DNA of 15,838 nt from NCBI GenBank assembly GCA_046758365.1, contig JBHIAC010000075.1:1-15838 (forward strand). The letters are read 5' to 3'. Made by a program: the position numbers and the translations under genes. Source of the stretch: a bacterium. Its GTDB lineage: Bacteria > Zhuqueibacterota > Zhuqueibacteria > Oceanimicrobiales > Oceanimicrobiaceae. Positions 1 to 9,281 of the stretch are shown here, piece by piece. The notes under the pieces are model-generated. The model searched no databases. It saw only the letters and a program-made list of their open reading frames with translations, and was not told the DNA's origin. Position 1 is the stretch's first letter. Each line of letters opens with the position of its first letter.

Positions 1-2
1 TT

Positions 3-350
3 AGCAGAAATGTGGACAGAGAGGTTAGCGGAACGAAAAAGGTCTATTTTTGTGACAATGGTATGATAAACTTGTTTGGCAAAATCTCAGATGGCGGTCT
101 GCTCGAAAATGCCGTTTTCAAGAATCTCCGTCACTACGGTAAAGTGAATTATTATCAAAAACGCAGCGGAGCTGAGATAGACTTTGTCCTACCGGACGAA
201 ATGATGGCTTTTGAGGTCAAGAAGTGGGGACACGAACAAGACTATCTAAAATTACAAAAATTATCCCAATCTCTAAATATGAAAGAATGGTATGTCATTT
301 CTCAGGACTTTTCAGCCGACCGGGGAATTGTGCTTGCTCAGGATTTATGA
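3..350 (+). CDS. C-terminal part of AAA+ superfamily ATP-binding protein (DUF4143-type C-terminal domain); 5'-partial
   Basis: Frame is open from the window edge (SRNVDREVSGTKKVYFCDNG...). Motifs K-VYFCDNG, LLENAVF, YY---SGAEIDFV and AFEVK are typical of the DUF4143 C-terminus. Stop TGA at 348-350. Confidence 0.85.
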   Translation, partial: SRNVDREVSGTKKVYFCDNGMINLFGKISDGGLLENAVFKNLRHYGKVNYYQKRSGAEIDFVLPDEMMAFEVKKWGHEQDYLKLQKLSQSLNMKEWYVISQDFSADRGIVLAQDL

Positions 351-1037
351 ATGAAATAAAGAATCGAAGACAACCTCCCGAAGGTTTTGAACCTTCGGGA
401 GGTTTTGGACATCGCCATTCAGGTTGCCGAAGGCTTGCAAGAGGCGCACGAGAAAGGTATTGTGCACCGTGACATAAAAAGTGCCAACATCATGGTAACC
501 CAAAAGGGACAGGCGAAGATCATGGATTTTGGTTTGGCGAAATTAGCTGGGCGAACGATGGTGACCAAAACTGCTTCCACCATGGGCACGGTCGCCTACA
601 TGTCACCGGAGCAGGCGCGGGGAGAAAAGGTTGACCATCGAACAGATATCTGGTCTTTTGGCGTCGTGCTTTATGAAATGCTCACCGGAGAGTTGCCTTT
701 CAAGGGGGATTATGAACAAGCGGTGGTGTATTCGGTTTTAAATGAAGAGCCAGAGCCGATTACTGCTTTGCGAACCGGCGTACCGATGGAATTAGAACAA
801 ATTATTTTTAAAGCAATGGCCAAGAATCCTGACGAACGCTATCAGCATACAGATGAAATTTTGACTGATTTGCAGCGGATGCAAAAGACCATGACTACTA
901 AACCTTTGCAGCAAGTCCCCATTCAGGTAATGTCGCGGCCGCAGAGATGGATGACTTCGCCGATACTCTGGACGCTGGTTATTATCCTTTTCGGACTTGC
1001 CGCTGGCGTATTGCTTTTTTATCCTTACAGGCGCTGA
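351..1037 (+). pseudogene. Ser/Thr protein kinase fragment (C-lobe plus TM helix); N-lobe missing
   Basis: Has [26 protein letters not shown] and a TM ([20 protein letters not shown]), but no GxGxxG loop or VAxK lysine. Similarity to the intact paralog extends back to 351 (ATG AAA TAA AGA ATC GAA vs TTG AAA GAA AAA GTC GAA) with an in-frame TAA at 357-359. Confidence 0.8.
372..404. repeat. Perfect 15-bp inverted repeat (REP-like palindrome) inside the kinase reading frame
   Basis: AACCTCCCGAAGGTT-TTG-AACCTTCGGGAGGTT: arms 372-386 and 390-404 are exact reverse complements. The 33 bp read [11 protein letters not shown] in the kinase frame. Confidence 0.9.
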
Positions 1038-2191
1038 AGCAGTACTCGCTCGGCATTGAGAATCATCGACAGGCGAACTTTGATGAGGCTAAGCTGTTCT
1101 ACGAAAATGCACTGCAGATCGACTCAACCTTTACCACCGCGCGAGCTTCCCTTGGGATGATTCATTTCGAGAGATTTGACCAAGAGAAGGGAAAGAAGCT
1201 GATTGCCAAAGCTGTACAGGATTTGGATGATCTCACTGACAAGGAGAAATATGGCATTCTTGCCTTTTACGCTCGAGCGGTAGAGAATGATCTGGAAAAG
1301 GCTGTCAAGCACTGGAAGACGCTGATAGCTTTATACCCTGATTACAGCCCTGCACACAATAATCTTGGATGGTTTTACCAGCAGATGGGCCGCTATGAAG
1401 AGGCTGCTGCGGAATATAAGGAGGCTATCCGAATCGATCCATATTTTATGTTGACCTATGATGGTCTTAATTGGATTTACCTTTACAATCTGGGTGAGGT
1501 GGATTCTGCTGTGGTCTGGTGCAAGCAGCAAATCTCCAATGATCCGAACCATCTCAGGGCCTACGATAATCTCGGTTGGGCCTACTTGGGCAAAGACAGT
1601 CTGAAGCAAGCACAAGCGGCTTTTGAGAAAGCTTTGGAGATTGACCCACGTTTTACCTTGGATCTATATCGACTGGCCTACACCTACCGCTTACAAGGCC
1701 GCTTGCAAGTAGCTCTTCAAACTTTAGAGAAGATTCTCGAGGTCGACTCCTCGGATTCATGGTCTCATTACCAATTGGGGGTTGTTTATCAGTTGATAGG
1801 AGATAACCAAATGGCCCAAAAACTTTTTGAAAGGTTTCGTAAGGTGGCAGAGAAATGGGTAAAAGATAATCCTAAAAATGGGTATAATTATATTGCTTTA
1901 GGGTTAACTCTCAGTCGAATGGGGCAAACGGAACAGGGTTGGGCCATGGGTCAGAAAGCAATGACCATGGACTCTACCCAACATTTCAGCTTTGCGCAAC
2001 TGCTCAGTGTTCAGGGGAAAAAACAAGAGGTCTTAGATCAGTTAGAACTAGCTGTGCAAAAAGGATTTACCAATTACATCTGGATAAAAATTCATCCCGA
2101 TTTCCAGGGGTTGTATGAAGAGCCAAGATTTAAGGATTTAATGAATCGGGTTTTAATAAACCAAAAAGGAGGAAATTCAAATGAGAAATAG
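1022..2191 (+). pseudogene. TPR-repeat C-terminal part of the same kinase-TM-TPR gene, in a shifted frame
   Basis: Starts [11 protein letters not shown], equivalent to VPGAYEFYLQG of the intact paralog. Multiple TPR units (AHNNLGWFY...A..EYKEAIRIDP; AYDNLGWAY...FEKALEIDP) and the family-typical end HPDFQGLYEEPRF. Residues of ORF 947 before about 1022 are out-of-frame kinase/TM sequence, and no clear RBS/start is visible. Confidence 0.75.
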
Positions 2192-3773
2192 GGTAAAACT
2201 TTATTTCGAGAAAAATTGCTTCATTTGGATGAGAAGGATGAGAAATAAATTTAAGACAACGACTTTTTGGCTCGTAACAATTCTCCTCTCCATTTCCGTA
2301 TTAGGATACAAGGACAGTCCGGAAAAGGAGAAAAATATCAAAATTGCAGTTGCCAGATTTTCACACGAGACCTGCACATTCTGCCCGAATCCGACCACAA
2401 TCGAAGACTGGGAATACTACGGACCGCCCACCCGTGACATCCTTACTTCGAATCGGGGATATATTGGCGGCTTTAAAACTATGTGTGAGGAGTTTGGCGG
2501 TATTGAGCTGGTTGGAATCCTTTCTCCACGCGGTGCCCGCGGTGGTTCTTCGGGTAGCTGGATTACGAAGGAGGCATTTGATAAATACACAGGCCTCATC
2601 GTAGACGACCTGAAAAAAGCCGGCCATCTTGACGGAGTTTTCCTTTCGCTCCACGGTGCTATGGCGGTTACTGATGTCCCGAAACCAGAAGCTGAAATTG
2701 TGCGCAGGGTGCGGAAAGTGGTAGGAGACATCCCTATTATGGTCACCCTCGACCTTCATGCCAATGAAGATCATGAGTTATCCGATGCGGCCGATGCGGT
2801 TTTCATTGTGAAGCGCTACCCCCATTATGATGCGGCCATGCAAGGAGAGCGTGCGGCACGAGTGATGATCAAAACTATTCGTGGAAGATATAAGCCGACC
2901 ATGGCTACCAGAAAGCCAGGCGTCATCACACCAAGTGTTTTTCAAGGCACCGGGGTTCCGCCTGCTATGGATATTATGGAACGGGCTCGTCGATGGGAAT
3001 GTCGGTATAGGGACGTTTATGTGTCGGTTGCCTTCGGGTTTGCCTATGCAGATGTCCCGGAGGTTGGGGCGACCGTTATGGTCGTGACCAATAATGATCA
3101 GGATCTGGCTAATCGGATTGCAGATGACATGTCTAACTACATCTGGCGCATGCGCAAGGAATTCGCTGGTAAGAAACTCCCCAAAACAAAAGAAGGGGTG
3201 GCCTTAGCCATCGCAGCGGCCAAAGCTGGTAAAACGCCAGTCATAATTGCAGACCACAGCGACAGGACAGGCGGTTCCACACATATCCTCGAGGAATTGA
3301 TTAAACAGGGAGCAAAGAATTTTTGTATCACTACCCTGCGGGATGAAAAGGCCATTGAAAAGCTGATAGCAACCGCAAAGGTAGGCGACACGGTTAACCT
3401 TGAGGTGGGTGGATATTCGGATAAATTTGCCGGTAATCCAGTTAAAATTAGCGGGAAGCTCTCGTTTCTGGGCGAGTACGGCAGAGATGGCGTAGCGGTG
3501 CTTTCTTTTGGTGATAATAACCATGTCATCTTAACCCAACATCTTATGCAGGTAACGAATACGAATATCTTTACACCACTTGGCATCGATTTCGATAGTC
3601 TGGATATCATCGTTTTAAAATCACGAGTGCACTTCAGGAGAGGTTACTATGAGACTGGCGTCGCTGGAGCCATTTTTGAAGTCGATGCACCAGGCTGGGG
3701 CCCTGCTGATCTGACCACACTGCCGTATAAGAATATTCCAAAGGATATTTATCCGATATACAGGCGCGATTAG
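2181..3773 (+). CDS. MlrC-like M81 family metallopeptidase with N-terminal export signal
   Basis: Motifs FSHET, LSLHGAM, TLDLHAN, YPHYD, DHSDRTGG and LKSRVHFR. RBS AGGAGG before ATG 2181; an alternative start at 2238 gives a cleaner signal peptide (MRNKFKTTTFWLVTILLSISVLG). Confidence 0.88.
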   Translation: MRNRVKLYFEKNCFIWMRRMRNKFKTTTFWLVTILLSISVLGYKDSPEKEKNIKIAVARFSHETCTFCPNPTTIEDWEYYGPPTRDILTSNRGYIGGFKTMCEEFGGIELVGILSPRGARGGSSGSWITKEAFDKYTGLIVDDLKKAGHLDGVFLSLHGAMAVTDVPKPEAEIVRRVRKVVGDIPIMVTLDLHANEDHELSDAADAVFIVKRYPHYDAAMQGERAARVMIKTIRGRYKPTMATRKPGVITPSVFQGTGVPPAMDIMERARRWECRYRDVYVSVAFGFAYADVPEVGATVMVVTNNDQDLANRIADDMSNYIWRMRKEFAGKKLPKTKEGVALAIAAAKAGKTPVIIADHSDRTGGSTHILEELIKQGAKNFCITTLRDEKAIEKLIATAKVGDTVNLEVGGYSDKFAGNPVKISGKLSFLGEYGRDGVAVLSFGDNNHVILTQHLMQVTNTNIFTPLGIDFDSLDIIVLKSRVHFRRGYYETGVAGAIFEVDAPGWGPADLTTLPYKNIPKDIYPIYRRD

Positions 3774-3965
3774 CTATATTTGCTAGGTTTGAATTGCAAC
3801 ATGATTTAATTGCTTTAGTGTAAAATTTGGTTCACTGGTAATCTTTATTCTTATTGTTTATGACCCAAAGTGATTGAAAATGCTGGCCATATTCTACAAA
3901 TCGAGTGTCCAGAAGTTTTGAATCCAAGACCAATCTGCGTTCTATAAGATTAGGAATAACCAGGA

Positions 3966-5300
3966 ATGGAACATAAGACCGAACCAAGACTAAATCGCGC
4001 AATTGGCTTACCACACGCGACGGCGTTAGTCGTCGGTACCATAATCGGAGCTTCAATCTTTGTTCAACCTTCCGAGATTACCGGCCAGGTTCCCTCGGTT
4101 CTTGGTGTGTTCCTGGTATGGATCCTATGCGGGATACTGACGCTTTTCGGTGCACTGGTCTGTGCCGAGCTGGCATCTATTTACACTCGTAGCGGTGGTG
4201 TCTATGTGTACCTGAAAGAAGCCTATACGCCTGCTGTAGGTTTCTTGTGGGGCTGGGCGATGTTCTGGACGATGCACTCGGGTATTATTGCTGCGATTGC
4301 GGTTGTTTGTGCGCGATACTTTGCGGATTTAATCCCGATGGGGAATATCGCCATTAAAGGGGTCGCGGTTGCTGTGATACTTATCCTATCTGCGATAAAT
4401 TACCTCGGAGTCAAACAAGGAAGTACACTTCAAGCTCTCTTCACATTAGGTAAGATTATTGTAATACTTGCCATTATTGTGCTGGGTTTTACCCTCGGCT
4501 CCAGCTTGCCAGAGCATACACAACTGTCAGATTCTCTTTCCATGCCAGTTACTCTTGGTGATTTCGCTTTAGCCCTGGTGGCAGGGCTTTTTGCCTTCGG
4601 CGGTTGGCATATGGTTACGTACAATGCCGGAGAAACAATTAATCCTCGCAGGACGATCCCGGCTGCTCTGATGCTCGGAACAGTGATTGTCACGATCTGC
4701 TATATTGCTTTGAACGCGGTATACCTGTATATCCTCCCACTCGACACAATCGCATCCTCAACCCGCGTTGCGGCCGACGCAGCCGACGCCTTGATTGGCT
4801 CTGGTGGCCGAGTCATTATGTCTGGCTTGGTTATATTCTCTACCATAGGTGCCTTAAGTGGAATTATCCTTTCGGGGCCTCGCGTCTATTTTTCCATGGC
4901 CCGCGATGGACTTCTATTTCGCTGGTTAAGCGAAATCCATCCGAAATATCGAACACCACATCGGTCTATTCTTATGCAAGCGATCTGGTCTTCGATCCTG
5001 ATTGGTACTGGTACCTATCGAACTCTTTTTACCAGGGTCGTCTATACCGAATGGATTTTTTTCGGAGTCATGGCCATTGGTCTGTTCATACTCCGGCGGA
5101 GACCAGGCATCGTGCGTGATTACTCAATTTGGGGTTATCCTATTATCCCAGCAATATTCATTCTCTCAGCATTTGCCATTATAATTAATCAAATCCTGTC
5201 AAACTTTTCTGAAAGTATGTTTGGCTTATTCCTTGTCCTCCTTGGCCTACCTGTTTATTATTTATGGGCAAAAACTGGAAATAGAAAGGAGTTGGCATAA
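3966..5300 (+). CDS. APC-superfamily amino acid permease (LAT/SteT-like)
   Basis: About 12 hydrophobic segments; GTIIGASIF (TM1), AELAS--TRSGG-YVYL, FAFGGW (TM6), E--NPRR-IP, RVYFSMARDG, HPKYRTP. Confidence 0.93.
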   Translation: MEHKTEPRLNRAIGLPHATALVVGTIIGASIFVQPSEITGQVPSVLGVFLVWILCGILTLFGALVCAELASIYTRSGGVYVYLKEAYTPAVGFLWGWAMFWTMHSGIIAAIAVVCARYFADLIPMGNIAIKGVAVAVILILSAINYLGVKQGSTLQALFTLGKIIVILAIIVLGFTLGSSLPEHTQLSDSLSMPVTLGDFALALVAGLFAFGGWHMVTYNAGETINPRRTIPAALMLGTVIVTICYIALNAVYLYILPLDTIASSTRVAADAADALIGSGGRVIMSGLVIFSTIGALSGIILSGPRVYFSMARDGLLFRWLSEIHPKYRTPHRSILMQAIWSSILIGTGTYRTLFTRVVYTEWIFFGVMAIGLFILRRRPGIVRDYSIWGYPIIPAIFILSAFAIIINQILSNFSESMFGLFLVLLGLPVYYLWAKTGNRKELA

Positions 5301-6280
5301 TGTTCATCATCGATTTCCACAATCACTTTTATCCGCCAAAATACTTCCAGGCTCTGGAAACTGAACCAAGTAATATCAAAGTGACTTTCGATTCTGAAAA
5401 CAATCCAGTGCTTCACTATCCAGGAGACTATAATATTGTCGTTCCTGGACACAGGGACATCGCTTTTAGAGAGACGGTGTTGGAGAAGGCCGGTATCACC
5501 AAGCAGATTCTTACTTTTACGTCGCCTGGAACACACATTGAGTCTCCTGAGCGCGCGGTTGTGTTAGCCCAGTTGATCAATGATGAATTTGCGAAAATAA
5601 AAGCTGACCGATCAGATCGCTTTACGGCGCTGGCGACGCTTCCTTTGAACAATCCTGTTGCTTCTACAAAAGAGTTCGAGCGAGCCACGGCTGAGTTGGG
5701 ATTCAAGGGCTTTATGGTATTCAGCAATGTAAACGGAATTGCGTTGAGTGATGAACGATATTGGCCGCTTTACGAGAGAGCAAATGAGTTGGAGGTAGTT
5801 CTTTACATACATCCCATCTATCCTGTTGGTGTTGAGGCGATGACCGAATTTTGGCTTATGCCATTAGTTGGATTCACATTTGACACCACCCTGGCAGCAG
5901 CGAAGCTTGTTTTTAGCGGAGTTGTTGAGCGGTTTCCCAAAATTCGCTGGGTTTTGGCTCACCTTGGTGGAGCTATCCCGTATCTTGCCGAGAGGCTCGA
6001 CCGAGGATATTATGCCTTTGAAGAGTGTCGAAAGAATATTAACCAACCACCCAGTGAGTATCTAAAAGATTTTTACTACGATACGGTTAACTTTGACGTG
6101 AAAGCTCTGGGGCTCGCGGTCGACTTTGCAGGAGTGGAGCATTTAGTGGCAGGTAGTGACTACCCGCATCAGATTGGAAGTCTGGAAAAAATGATCGAAA
6201 GTATTGGCGGATTGAATCTAACGGCAGAGGCCAAAGAAGGTATACTGGGAGGAAACGCCTCGAGACTGCTTGGTTTGTAA
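5300..6280 (+). CDS. Amidohydrolase-2 family protein (ACMSD/aromatic-acid decarboxylase or hydratase-like)
   Basis: IDFHNH metal motif, YIHP, HLGGAIPY---R, YYDT, GSDYPH. Coupled to the permease via TAATG overlap. Confidence 0.9.
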   Translation: MFIIDFHNHFYPPKYFQALETEPSNIKVTFDSENNPVLHYPGDYNIVVPGHRDIAFRETVLEKAGITKQILTFTSPGTHIESPERAVVLAQLINDEFAKIKADRSDRFTALATLPLNNPVASTKEFERATAELGFKGFMVFSNVNGIALSDERYWPLYERANELEVVLYIHPIYPVGVEAMTEFWLMPLVGFTFDTTLAAAKLVFSGVVERFPKIRWVLAHLGGAIPYLAERLDRGYYAFEECRKNINQPPSEYLKDFYYDTVNFDVKALGLAVDFAGVEHLVAGSDYPHQIGSLEKMIESIGGLNLTAEAKEGILGGNASRLLGL

Positions 6281-6347
6281 AGCACATCGCTTAAACATTT
6301 TTATTAAATTTTATTATAAAACGAATTATTATCAAGAGGAGGTTAAG

Positions 6348-6830
6348 ATGGAAGAAACCATTCACTTTAAATTAAATAATAAACCCATACGTTTGACCAT
6401 GGAGAGCGGTCGAAAGCTTCTGTGGGTTTTGCGCGCGGACTTAGGTCTTACTGGAACGAAATACGGCTGTGGTGAAGGTTTTTGTGGCGCGTGCACCGTT
6501 CTCCTAAACAAAAAGGCCGTAAGATCGTGTCAGCTACCTGTAAAATTTGTCAATGGGAAAGAAGTGATGACCATTGAAGGATTAGCCCAAAATGGGAGTC
6601 TTCATCCCCTGCAGCAGGCGTTTGTGGAACACGATGCTCTCCAATGCGGATTTTGTACCCCTGGTATGATTCTTAACGCCTACAGTTTCTTAAGACAAAA
6701 CCCTCAACCTACCTATTCAGAAATCGTCCAGAATATGGATAGCAACTTGTGTCGCTGCGGAGCGCACACCCGGATTGTTCAGGCGATGCAATCCGCAGCC
6801 CAAGAAATGAAAGGAGGGATGAAGCGATGA
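6348..6830 (+). CDS. (2Fe-2S)-binding small subunit of a xanthine oxidase-family molybdoenzyme (IorA/CoxS-like)
   Basis: GTKYGCGEGFCGACTV...RSC, QCGFCTPG and NLCRCG. RBS GAGGAGG precedes ATG 6348, so the ORF-track start at 6270 is too far upstream. Confidence 0.93.
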   Translation: MEETIHFKLNNKPIRLTMESGRKLLWVLRADLGLTGTKYGCGEGFCGACTVLLNKKAVRSCQLPVKFVNGKEVMTIEGLAQNGSLHPLQQAFVEHDALQCGFCTPGMILNAYSFLRQNPQPTYSEIVQNMDSNLCRCGAHTRIVQAMQSAAQEMKGGMKR

Positions 6831-8989
6831 AAGAAGATAAATATTTGGAACTTGATTTTACCGATATTACAGCCCGTTATCCGATCAATCGGCGCGATTT
6901 TCTCAAACTTTCCGGTGGCGGAATTTTTATCATATTTACTTTAAGAGATGTTTTTGCGTTTTCACAAGAACGCCGCCGCCGGGGTTTTCGCTTAAATTAT
7001 CCTACTGATTTCAATGCCTATCTTAAAATTGGCGAAGATGGCCACGTCTCCTGCTACACTGGTAAAATAGAGATGGGGCAGGGAATCATCACTTCCCTGG
7101 CGCAAATGTTAGCGGATGAGCTTGATGTGTCTTTGGAGTCAATTGATATGGTGATGGGCGATACCGACCTCTGTCCGTGGGACCTGGGCACTTTCGGATC
7201 CATGACTACGCGCTTCTTCGGGCCTGCGCTCCGGGCAGCGGGGGCCGAGGCCAAAGCTGTGTTAATAGAATTAGCCGAAGAATATCTCAAAACACCAAAA
7301 AATCGATTGATCGCAAAAGATGGAGTCATATTTGATAAAACCAAAAAGAATCATCAAGCCACCTATGCCCAACTGGCAAAAGGGAAAAAAATTACCAGAC
7401 ACATGAAAGAAAAAGCTGTGGTGAAAAAAGTATCGGAATTTAAAATAATGGGTAAGCCTGTTTCACGTCGAGACGCGCAAGAAAAAGTGACTGGCCAGGC
7501 TAAGTTTGCGGCAGACATTCATTTTCCAGAGATGTTATATGCTCGAATTTTAAGGCCACCGGCTCATGGTACAAAGTTAATCAACTTAGATACCTCCGCC
7601 GCCAGAAAAGTAAAGGGTGTTCAAATCGTTCGGGATGGCGACCTGGTTGCGGTGCTGCATAAGTATCCCGATGAGGCTGAAAAAGCTCTAGCAAAGATTA
7701 AGGCTAAATTTGACATACCGAATGTAACTGTTGATGATAAAAATATTTTTGAACATTTACTCAAGGTGGCACCGGAAGGGAATAGCGTGGCTCAGGGTGG
7801 AAATATTAAAAACGGTATAAATCGTGCTTCTGTTACGTTTGAAGAAATCTATTTGAATAGCTATGTTTCTCATGCCCCGATAGAACCCCATGCCGCTGTG
7901 GCAAAAGTTGAAGGGGATAAGCTTACCGTTTGGGCGTCCACGCAAAGACCGTTCGGAGCAAAAGAGGAAATAGCAGAAGCTCTGGGCTGGCCTTCTGAAA
8001 AAGTCCGTATCATTACTCCGTATGTAGGTGGCGGATTTGGTGGAAAGGGTCGTAATCAGCAAGCTGTAGAAGCCGCGCGATTAGCAAAATTAACCGGGAA
8101 ACCGGTCCAGGTTGCCTGGAACCGAGCAGAAGAATTTTTTTATGATACCTTTCGGCCAGCAGCGGTGGTTAAAATAAAATCCGGCATAACAGATACCGGT
8201 AAAATTGCTTTCTGGGATTATCATGTTTATTTCGCTGGAGAGAGGGGTTCGCAGCAATTTTATGATATACCCCACCACAGCACGGTGGTGCATGGATCAA
8301 GTTGGCGAGGTACGCCTGGTTCCCATCCGTTTAGAACCGGTGCCTGGCGAGCACCAGCCAACAATACCAATACTTTCGTCCGGGAGTCGCAGATTGATAT
8401 TATGGCCGCGAAAGCAGGCATGGACCCGCTGGAATTCAGGCTGAAAAACCTGAAGGATACAAAAATAAAAAGGGTTCTCAAAGCCGCTGCTGAGAAATTT
8501 GGTTGGACGCCATCAAAAACCCCCAGCGGCAGGGGCTTTGGTATCGCCTGTGCTATGGATGTGGGATCGTATATCGCCACCATGGCTGAGGTCGAAGTGG
8601 ATAAAGAAACCGGCTATGTCCAGGTAAAGCGTGTCGTCTGTGCTCAGGATATGGGCCTGGTGATTAATCCTGAAGGCGCGAGAATACAGATAGAAGGTTG
8701 TATCACTATGGGTTTGGGTTATGCTTTGACTGAGGAAATCCATTTCAAAGGTGGAGAAATTTATGACCTCAATTTTGGTACCTATGAAATCCCTCACTTC
8801 TCCTGGCTGCCAAAAATCGAGACCATTCTGGTTGAATCAGAAGACCTCAACCCTCATGGCGGCGGGGAACCGGCTATCGTATGCATGGGCGCTGTGATTG
8901 CTAATGCCGTTTTCGATGCCACCGGCGCCCGCTTGTTCCAGCTCCCCATGACGCCAGAGCGAATCGAAGAAGCCATGAGGCACATTTAG
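6827..8989 (+). CDS. Molybdopterin-binding large subunit, isoquinoline 1-oxidoreductase beta (IorB)-like, with twin-arginine signal
   Basis: ATGA overlap with the small subunit and RBS AGGAGG; NRRDFLKLSGGG Tat motif; EMGQG, VGGGFGGK, AWRAP, QIEG, GGGEP. Confidence 0.9.
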   Translation: MKEDKYLELDFTDITARYPINRRDFLKLSGGGIFIIFTLRDVFAFSQERRRRGFRLNYPTDFNAYLKIGEDGHVSCYTGKIEMGQGIITSLAQMLADELDVSLESIDMVMGDTDLCPWDLGTFGSMTTRFFGPALRAAGAEAKAVLIELAEEYLKTPKNRLIAKDGVIFDKTKKNHQATYAQLAKGKKITRHMKEKAVVKKVSEFKIMGKPVSRRDAQEKVTGQAKFAADIHFPEMLYARILRPPAHGTKLINLDTSAARKVKGVQIVRDGDLVAVLHKYPDEAEKALAKIKAKFDIPNVTVDDKNIFEHLLKVAPEGNSVAQGGNIKNGINRASVTFEEIYLNSYVSHAPIEPHAAVAKVEGDKLTVWASTQRPFGAKEEIAEALGWPSEKVRIITPYVGGGFGGKGRNQQAVEAARLAKLTGKPVQVAWNRAEEFFYDTFRPAAVVKIKSGITDTGKIAFWDYHVYFAGERGSQQFYDIPHHSTVVHGSSWRGTPGSHPFRTGAWRAPANNTNTFVRESQIDIMAAKAGMDPLEFRLKNLKDTKIKRVLKAAAEKFGWTPSKTPSGRGFGIACAMDVGSYIATMAEVEVDKETGYVQVKRVVCAQDMGLVINPEGARIQIEGCITMGLGYALTEEIHFKGGEIYDLNFGTYEIPHFSWLPKIETILVESEDLNPHGGGEPAIVCMGAVIANAVFDATGARLFQLPMTPERIEEAMRHI

Positions 8990-9103
8990 AGCTATTAAAC
9001 CTGGATTACAAAAAGGTGTGGTAAAAGTAATTTTAATTAATTATATTATATAAATTCCAATAATACTTTCGTCTTCCACGGGACAGAGCCTGTTTTCTAC
9101 GTG

Positions 9104-9210
9104 CTAGAGGCGTAGCCGGAAAGTCCAATTTTACATAATTCTTGAGCAAAAAAGCAATGAGTTACATTGAGCATTTTCCTAAAATATAGGGTTTTCGACC
9201 ACGCCTTTAG
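9104..9210 (+). mobile_element. 107-bp MITE-like element, copy E1
   Basis: CTAGAGGCGTAGCCGGAAAGT ... GGTTTTCGACCACGCCTTTAG: imperfect terminal inverted repeats around an AT-rich core. Aligns without gaps to 12131-12237 (73/107 identical by hand count). Confidence 0.75.
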
Positions 9211-9281
9211 CTAGGTGAAGGTGGCCTGTTTATACAATACAATATCCCGATGAAGTGAAGGGAGTGTGAAAGGTTTAGTCT

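Noticed and set aside
224..472. 82-aa + strand ORF containing [11 protein letters not shown]
   Set aside because: Overlaps two better-supported frames; the odd peptide is just the 372-404 palindrome read in another frame.
1011..1024. Programmed -1 ribosomal frameshift joining the kinase and TPR ORFs
   Set aside because: The T6 run does not form an in-frame X XXY YYZ heptamer, and a missing domain plus the missing N-lobe point to decay.
2181..3773. Microcystin degradation (mlr) cluster
   Set aside because: Only an MlrC-family member is present with no mlrA or mlrB; the family is widespread with other substrates.
6270..6826. ORF-track starts at 6270 and 6749
   Set aside because: The extensions overlap upstream genes; RBS-supported starts are at 6348 and 6827.
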